Source: the human T2T-CHM13v2.0 reference genome, Homo sapiens
Direction: 5' to 3' (one strand)
DNA: 64,000 bases
Assembly: GCF_009914755.1 (NCBI RefSeq)
Contig: NC_060927.1
Positions 56,322 to 64,000 of this stretch are shown piece by piece. The position numbers and the translations under genes are program-made. How positions within the stretch are numbered: position 1 is the stretch's first letter; the number at the start of each line of letters is the position of its first letter. The notes beneath the pieces are model-generated. The model was given only the letters and a program-made list of their open reading frames with translations, was not told the DNA's origin and did not search any database.

Positions 56322-57438
56322 GTAAGAAGGACACTTTGATGTAGGTTGTCATCTGCTTAAGAAAACCACATTCAAGCCATTTTATATAATGAACTGCCAA
56401 TTTCTTATTGTCAACTTTAAAAAAATGCAGAAATAAATTGGGGTTGTTATATTTAAAGTAGTATATAGACTGTGTAATAGATAATTATACTAATATTAAC
56501 TGTCCTGTAATAGTAACTTCCATTTATTGAATGCCCTTTTTTGAACTAAATTTTAGATACTTCATAGGTCAACAGTATTTAATTTGGGTTTTATAAAAGA
56601 GAGAAGCTTGGAAGTATAGAAATTTCCTGAAATGAAAGGACTGGGTATAGCCAGATACACAAATTCTTTATTTCTTACATTATTCTATACTCCTTTCCAC
56701 CTTGTTTCACCGGAACTACCTTTGAAAGGAAGATTGACAAGGTGTGCATGTTAATAAATGGATAGCACCATCATGGTATTTCTACTGATGACAGGAAAGA
56801 GAAAATTGAATAGTAGGGCATCTGATTTGGAAAGTCCTAAAAGAAGAGAAAGTGCAAGTATAATTTAATGACCTATCACAGGGAGATAGGGTAAGTTAGT
56901 AGGAAAAGATAGAGGTCCCAAATCTCTGCACAGGAAAACAAGCGAAAGGGCAAGAAATACTGCTGAAAACTTCTTGAAAAAAGTGAATTTCCTGGGATAG
57001 TAAGTTTTGAAAAGTTTGAGTTTTGTTCCTTATTTGTCTTTCCATAGAAGCATTTTATATATTTCATGTATTTATTCCAAGACCTACTGGATATCTGCTC
57101 TGTGTAAGGCACTATGGTAGGTACATTGGAAAATTAACATACAAATTACACACAGGCTTTACCCTCAATTTATGATCCATTGTGGAATATTAGTCATGTA
57201 CAAGGATGACTGTAATATAGGGAAGAAGTTTAAAAATGTCACAGGGAAAGTATAGGAAGTATGTTACGAGGATTTAGATGAAGTACTTAAATTTCAGTAA
57301 TTTTGGAGTAGTTCTCTTCAGAGGCTTCTTAAGAGATTGGCACATTATGAGAACAGAGTGGATAGGCAGAAAAAGTAAACGTGTAGGATCGGAGAAGGGC
57401 TGAGTAGTGGCTGTGTCTAGAGAGTTATCCGAGGTACA

Positions 57439-59025
57439 GAGGATCTGCAAAGACAGCTTTTACTCCTGATTTCTTGTGACAGAAGGTTTACAGACATGTT
57501 GAGAATGGCTGGAATCTGTTTGTTTATTTATTTATTCACTAAGTGTTTGAAGGCCTACTATTCCAGAACAGTGCTGAGCACCTTGGTCCCTAACATAAAG
57601 AGACAAAAAACTGCTCTGGGTTACCTTTAGTGTAGAGTAAATGCACAGGTACTGGGCACCTCTCAAAGGGAAGAGAAGGCTACATAGTTGAATGTGCATT
57701 GAACCTGGATCTAACGGGGGAACCCAATGGAACAAGGAATGTGAGTTATTGTTTTGAGGACATAGGGGAGAAAAGGAGGTGGTCAGAAGATTAACTTGTG
57801 AAGAACAACGAACCTGAAGAAGAAACTGCAGACCCTTCGAACAGCAATAAATTTTGGTACCTTTTTTATTTTAGAAAAAGATTTCTGGTTAGTACTTTCT
57901 TTGTATTCTTTTTGGTGTCTTGTACATGACTCAGAATTATGTGGCTTTCGTCCTTTGATTCTTCTGCTTTCAGTAGAAAAGCAAAAATGGTTTGTGCTAA
58001 GCAAAATCTGCATTAGTATGCACTGATATATTGCTATTTTATTCAGTTATATCAGTTTTATTAATCCTTACTTGTGTTACACAGGAGAAAGGAACTTTTA
58101 TAGTCAATACGAAGTAATTTTATGGAAGCTAGATTTTCTTGACGGGGTAACCACAAAAATTTCAGTACTCTCTGTATATTCGTTTGTCATGTGCCTTAAT
58201 CAAATAAGGCAAGCATCAGGTTTATCAAAGCTATTTCAGACTGGTTATAATAGTTGATGACGGATTTTAGCCAGAATTTTTATGATAAAAACTCAGTTTT
58301 TTGATTGCTGATTAGAGTGATGCAAATGTACATGTTTTATTAAAAAGTCCAAGTTTGATGGTAGGGCTGTTTTTTCTTTTATTGTGAAGAAGCCTACTGT
58401 CTGGTTACTTATTTTCAGTCTCTTTGGACATCTGGTTTTAGACATTGAGATACTCTGACAAATTTTGCAGACTAGTGGTAATTTGTATTTAAAGATTTTT
58501 GTATTAAATACCTAGGATCACTGCTTGTGATTGGTTGCCTATGATGTACTGTGGCCTGAAGTCCAGTCTATGGTTGGCTGGCCAAGCCTTGGCCCTAATG
58601 TATATGGGGCTGAGTCTAGCCAGAGGAAGGAACATGTATTTTTTTGCACAAGGTTGATGTTCAGTTATACTCAAAGTGTTACATCTGCTGGGAGTAATGG
58701 AGGGGGTACCTTTAAAAAAAAAAACCCTTTACCTCCTTACAGGTAGAGCATAAAGAGAATTGTTTAAAACTGTGTGCCCTCCCAGAGGAGTGCCTTTTTT
58801 GGATTCACAGACTAGTGGAGGATCTGCAAACACAGCTTTTACTCCTGATTTCTCATGACAGAAAGTTTATAGACATATTGACAATGACTGGAATCTGTTT
58901 GTTTATTTATTTACTCACCAAGTGTTTTTTGAAGGCCTACTATTCCAGAACTGTGCTGAGTACCTTGGTCCCTAACATAAAGAGACAAAAAACTCCTCTA
59001 GGTTACCTTTAGTGTAGGGTAAATG
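57439..59025. repeat. Dispersed direct duplication of about 205 bp (57439-57643 and 58818-59025)
   Basis: gaggatctgcaaa(g/c)acagcttttactcctgatttct...ggttacctttagtgtag(a/g)gtaaatg occurs twice, offset 1379 bp. Confidence 0.95.
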
Positions 59026-59113
59026 TATCAAGTTTCTGCGTTCGTTGCTGTAGACATAGTTGCTTATTTGCCTTTTCTGAAAATAAAATGACAAGGTTAT
59101 AAAAGTAAAATAG

Positions 59114-59434
<321 letters not shown>

Positions 59435-59506
59435 CCATTGAGGGCATTTCTTGTCTCATATTGTACTTGGTGCTGTTAAATGCCACAGAGGATTTTAAAT
59501 CTAAAA

Positions 59507-59857
59507 CTGGGGTCAGGAAGCTGTGGCTTGTGGGCCAAATCCAGCCTGCCTCTTCTCTTTGTATGTTCTGTGAGCTAAGAATGAGTTTTACATTTTTAAA
59601 ATGTAAAACTCTACTTTCTACTTCATTTTTTAAATGGCTGAAAAAAAGTCAAAAGAATGTTTTAATATGTGGGCATTATATAAAATTGAGATTTCAGTGT
59701 TAATACATTTTTGTTGAAACATAGCTGCGCTCATTCATTTACACATTGTCTTTCACACTACAAAGCAGAGTTAAAAGAGTTGCAACAGAGACTGTGGCCT
59801 ACTGAGGCAAAAATATTTCCTGTTTGGTCCTTTACCAAAAAAGTTTTTAAGTTCCTG
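59507..59857. mobile_element. MER58B-like hAT remnant
   Basis: tgggccaaatccagcctgcc...tgtgagctaagaatg...aaaatatttcctgtttggtcctttac; 8-bp flanks atctaaaa / atctgaaa. Confidence 0.75.
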
Positions 59858-61571
59858 ATCTGAAAGACAAAGTATTGACAACCTAGGTGATGCCATTCCT
59901 GCCATTCTGTTTGACCTCATCTCCTGTTCTGCCTTTTGTTTACTATGCTTCAGCCAGAGTGGCGTTTTTTTCTTTCCTTTGATCCTGCCAAGCTTGTGCC
60001 TGCCACAGGACTTTTACATTTGCGTTTCCTTCTGTGCAGGGCTTTCTTCCCATTTCCGTGGCTGTTACCTCTTTTTCATTAGTCTTAGATGTCACCTCTT
60101 CTCCATCTTTGTCATTGTCTACCCACATTATTCTATTTTTGTGTATTTGTTTAATCCTCCCCTTTGCATATTTATTTAATCCTCTCTGGTCCCCAAATGA
60201 AGGAAAAGACTGTTTTTGTTAGTAGTTGTGTCCATAGCATCTAGAATGGTACCCAAAACAAAAGTATTTGTTTGAATGATCATCACTGGCAGCCTAACTT
60301 AATAAAGGGATACATTTAATTGCAGTTGAAAGGTAGCTGGAGTTGTGTATAAGAAATAAATATGCTAGGATTCTAATTATTTATATACTTTGATAACATG
60401 TTAAACCTCAAATTTGAATTTATAAGAAAATTTAGGCAGTGGTTTTCTTATTATCTTGGTCATTCATTTGTGGAAGCAGTTTAATTCATTTTCTACTTCA
60501 TTTACTCTGTTAAAATGAGGCCAGTGCCTTATAATCTGAAATATGTTAAACTAGTGTACTGCATATGAATTTTTTTAAAAAGATGTTCATAATATAAGGG
60601 ATCTCTATCTTTGTGTGGTAGTCCACAAGTTCGTTCATAAATTCGTTGTTTGAAATGGCATTTTTTTTTCCCCAGAAAGTTAGAATTATTGCATTTTTGA
60701 ATATCACAGAATTTGTTAACTATTTGACCCTCTCTGTATCAGTCTGGTTGGATACCATGGAAGTTGTGGTTAGCTTTTCTTCCTAATCTAAGTAATATGA
60801 TTGAATACTTACCCTTTGTTAGAAGTTATGTTGAGCACTTTATATAGATTATCTCAGTCTGCACAACAGTCCTGAAATAGGTACTATTATGCCCATTTTG
60901 CAGTTGTGAAAATTGAATTTTCTTAGTAGTAACCTGTCCTTGATTGCACAGTAACTAAGTCCATTATGGTCTCTAAGGGAGTATAGTCAGAGTTGAAGTG
61001 TTTTTTATTTTCTATGTAATTACATTTTTTTATGTAATTACGTTTCACTTTGTTAGACCCATTTGTTTCCATATTCAAGTTTTGAACTTAATCTCGTTTT
61101 TTGAGTGTGTAAAAAATGTTCATGATTCAAAAGGTACATACAGAGAAGCCTCATTCCTTTTCCCTCTACTTCTTTCCTGTATACTTGCTGTAAGTAACCA
61201 TATTCGTTAGTTTCTGGTTTGTCCTTACTGATTTTCTTTTTGCAAGAACAACAACAAACAACCCCCACCCCAAATTATGCATACATATGTATACATATAT
61301 ACATATTATGTATATGTATATTTATTTTCTGATTTTCCTTCTGTCTTACTCAAATTGCAGCATACTGTATATGCTTTTGTATCCTTTTTTTCTCATTTAA
61401 TAATATGTCCTGGAAGTCACTTGGAAGGAAACTTTTATTCACATCGTCTGATATCAAGTTCTGCTAGGTCTTTAAACAGACTTTGTCATATCCACCCACG
61501 TATGATTCTTTCTCCTCCTCCTTCCTTTTAGAGTTTCTGTGGTTTGATGCTTTCTAGACTCTAGGAATCAT

Positions 61572-61700
61572 ATTTCTTTCTCTTTCCACAGCCTTCTCCC
61601 CTGTACCCTCTTCTTTCCCTCCCTCCCTTTCTCCTTCCCTTCCCCCTTCCTTCCTCTCTTCCGCCCCTCCCTCTTCTGTTCCTTTCCTTTCCTTCCATTT
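61572..61700. repeat. Polypyrimidine/polypurine (CCTT/CCCT) low-complexity tract
   Basis: Direct inspection. Confidence 0.9.
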
Positions 61701-62199
61701 TAAAATTAGGATGTTTAGGAGATATGGATGTAAACAAGGCCAAAAAGGAAATTCACCTACATTTAGCAGAAACCTCGAGTCTCTGGTCTTCACAAAGGGA
61801 TGTTACTTTGGACATTCCTATCAAGGAGCTAACTAAGACTGTGGAAGAAAGAGTAGAATAGGAATTTTTAGAAACAGGCAGTTGGTAGGGGAATCCATGG
61901 GAATTGGAATTGCTGCTGGTAGTGAGAAAGACAGGGGTGGAGACAGGGCTCGTGATGTCCTCTTCTTCCTTTGTCTTTCCCCCAGTTTTCTTTCTATGAG
62001 CATCATTGGGGCAAGCAGAATAGAGAGATTGGGTTGATGTTCTTGGTGGTCTTAGCAAAGTATGAAGAGATGAGTGAAAGGGGCAGCTTGAAAGTGCTCA
62101 TTAGAAGGCACTTGAACACTATGAATATGAAGGGGTATTTATGAATCAGGTGGGTATAGGTCAGAGAGTGTCTTGACTGAATACAAGAGATAAATCTCT

Positions 62200-62492
62200 G
62201 TTTTGTTTTTGTATTTTGTTTTGAGACAGGGTTTCTCTCTGTCACCCAGGCTGGAGTGCAGTGGCATGATCATGGCTCACTGCAGCCTTGACCCACTGGG
62301 CTGAAGCAATTCTCCTGCCTCAGCCTTTGGAGTAGCTGTGACTGCAGGTGCACACCATTGCACCCAACTAATTTTTTTTTTTCAATGTAGAAATGGGGTC
62401 TCACTTTGTTGCCTAGGCTGATCTCGAACTCCTAGGCTTAGGTGATCCTCCTGAAGTGCTGGGATTGCAGGCATGAACCTCTACATCTGGCC
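62200..62492 (-). mobile_element. Alu (AluJ-type)
   Basis: Diverged reverse dimer. Confidence 0.9.
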
Positions 62493-63221
62493 TAAAACTC
62501 TTAATGGTATGAAGAGAGGCACAAGAACCCTCTTTCCTTTTCCTCTCCCAGTATATAAAATAAATGTGGTATATACACTTATATCTGTATCTTTCTCTAT
62601 TTCTTTCTCCATCTACCATGCTTGCTTCATAGCTGTCTCTATTTCTGTCTTCACCTCTGTTTCTCTATATCTCTCTCAGTCTCTCTAGGCAAAATAGGAT
62701 ATCTACTTACCTAGCAAAATCATACCTTCCCCTGCTTCACAGCCATGATTGGGAGGGAGTAGAATGTAGAGTGGCTAAGAGATTGGTTTTGGAACTAGTC
62801 AGACTTAGGTCTCAAATTTCACCTCTGCCCCTTAGTAGCTGTATAACCATGTCACTTAATTTTTCTGAGACTCGTTATCCCTATCTTTGGAATAGAGGTC
62901 ATAAATATATATACCCCATGGGGTATTGTAAGGAATATATGAAATTATATTTCTGAAGTGTTTTAGCATGGTGCCTAACACATAAGAGTTCAGTAAATTG
63001 TAGATGTTGGCTATTGTTATTAATGCTGCTTTTGTTTTAATATGAGTCAACTGAAGGTACAGTGTCTATCTATATAAACCTGACGTTCAATTTATATTTG
63101 GCTCTCTGAGAAATCATCTCTCTCTCAGCCCGAATGAACCTTTATATATTATTTCCTTCTCGAAATTGGCTTTTTTTTTTTTTTTTTTTTGCAGTTAAAC
63201 TAAGGTGTCTTTTTTGTTTAG

Positions 63222-63470
63222 GTTGTAAATGTCTTAAAATCCTTATTGTCAAATCTTGATGAAGTAAAGAAGGAAAGAGAGGGTCTGGAGAATGACTTGA
63301 AATCTGTGAATTTTGACATGACAAGCAAGTTTTTGACAGCCCTGGCTCAAGATGGTGTGATAAATGAAGAAGCTCTTTCTGTTACTGAACTAGATCGAGT
63401 CTATGGAGGTCTTACAACTAAAGTCCAAGAATCTCTAAAGAAACAGGAGGGACTTCTTAAAAATATTCAG
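63222..63470 (+). CDS. PDCD6IP: PDCD6IP exon 13
   Basis: tgtttag|GTT; VVNVLKSLLSNLDEVKKER...EGLLKNIQ; donor CAG|GTGAAA. Confidence 0.96.
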
Positions 63471-63619
63471 GTGAAATTTATATATTTAATAAGATCTGTG
63501 TTTTAAAAATTACAGAAAAGATATGTCTGGACTAAACCTATATTCAGTTAGGAAAATGACATTGGAGAATATCTGTAGTTAAGAGTAGAACTTAATACAT
63601 GTATATTTTGTAAAATTAA

Positions 63620-63955
<336 letters not shown>

Positions 63956-64000
63956 AGAAACAAAGTCATTTCTATGGCTAAAATGTTGCATATTACTTAG

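Overview
Primate (most likely human) genomic DNA containing about 9 kb of repeat-rich upstream sequence, a CpG-island promoter and coding exons 1-13 of PDCD6IP (ALIX/AIP1, the ESCRT-accessory Bro1-domain protein) on the + strand. The 13 exons have GT-AG boundaries and splice in frame to 1890 nt (codons 1-630: the Bro1 domain and most of the V domain). The gene continues beyond the window. Introns hold about 34 Alu elements plus MaLR/ERV LTRs, DNA-transposon remnants and old L1/L2 fragments. A truncated U3 snoRNA retrocopy lies upstream. Almost all other ORF-track entries are Alu or low-complexity artefacts. I found no new gene or novel multi-gene system. The best leads concern RNA processing. 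The first is an apparently repeat-free intron 6 with a read-through ORF, poly(A) signals, a 166-nt AG-exclusion zone with a distant branch point, QKI/RBFOX/ESRP-type motifs and tandem acceptors. The second is a set of strong alternative splice sites whose use would create premature stops. Repeat subfamily names are from memory of consensus sequences, and repeat boundaries are approximate.
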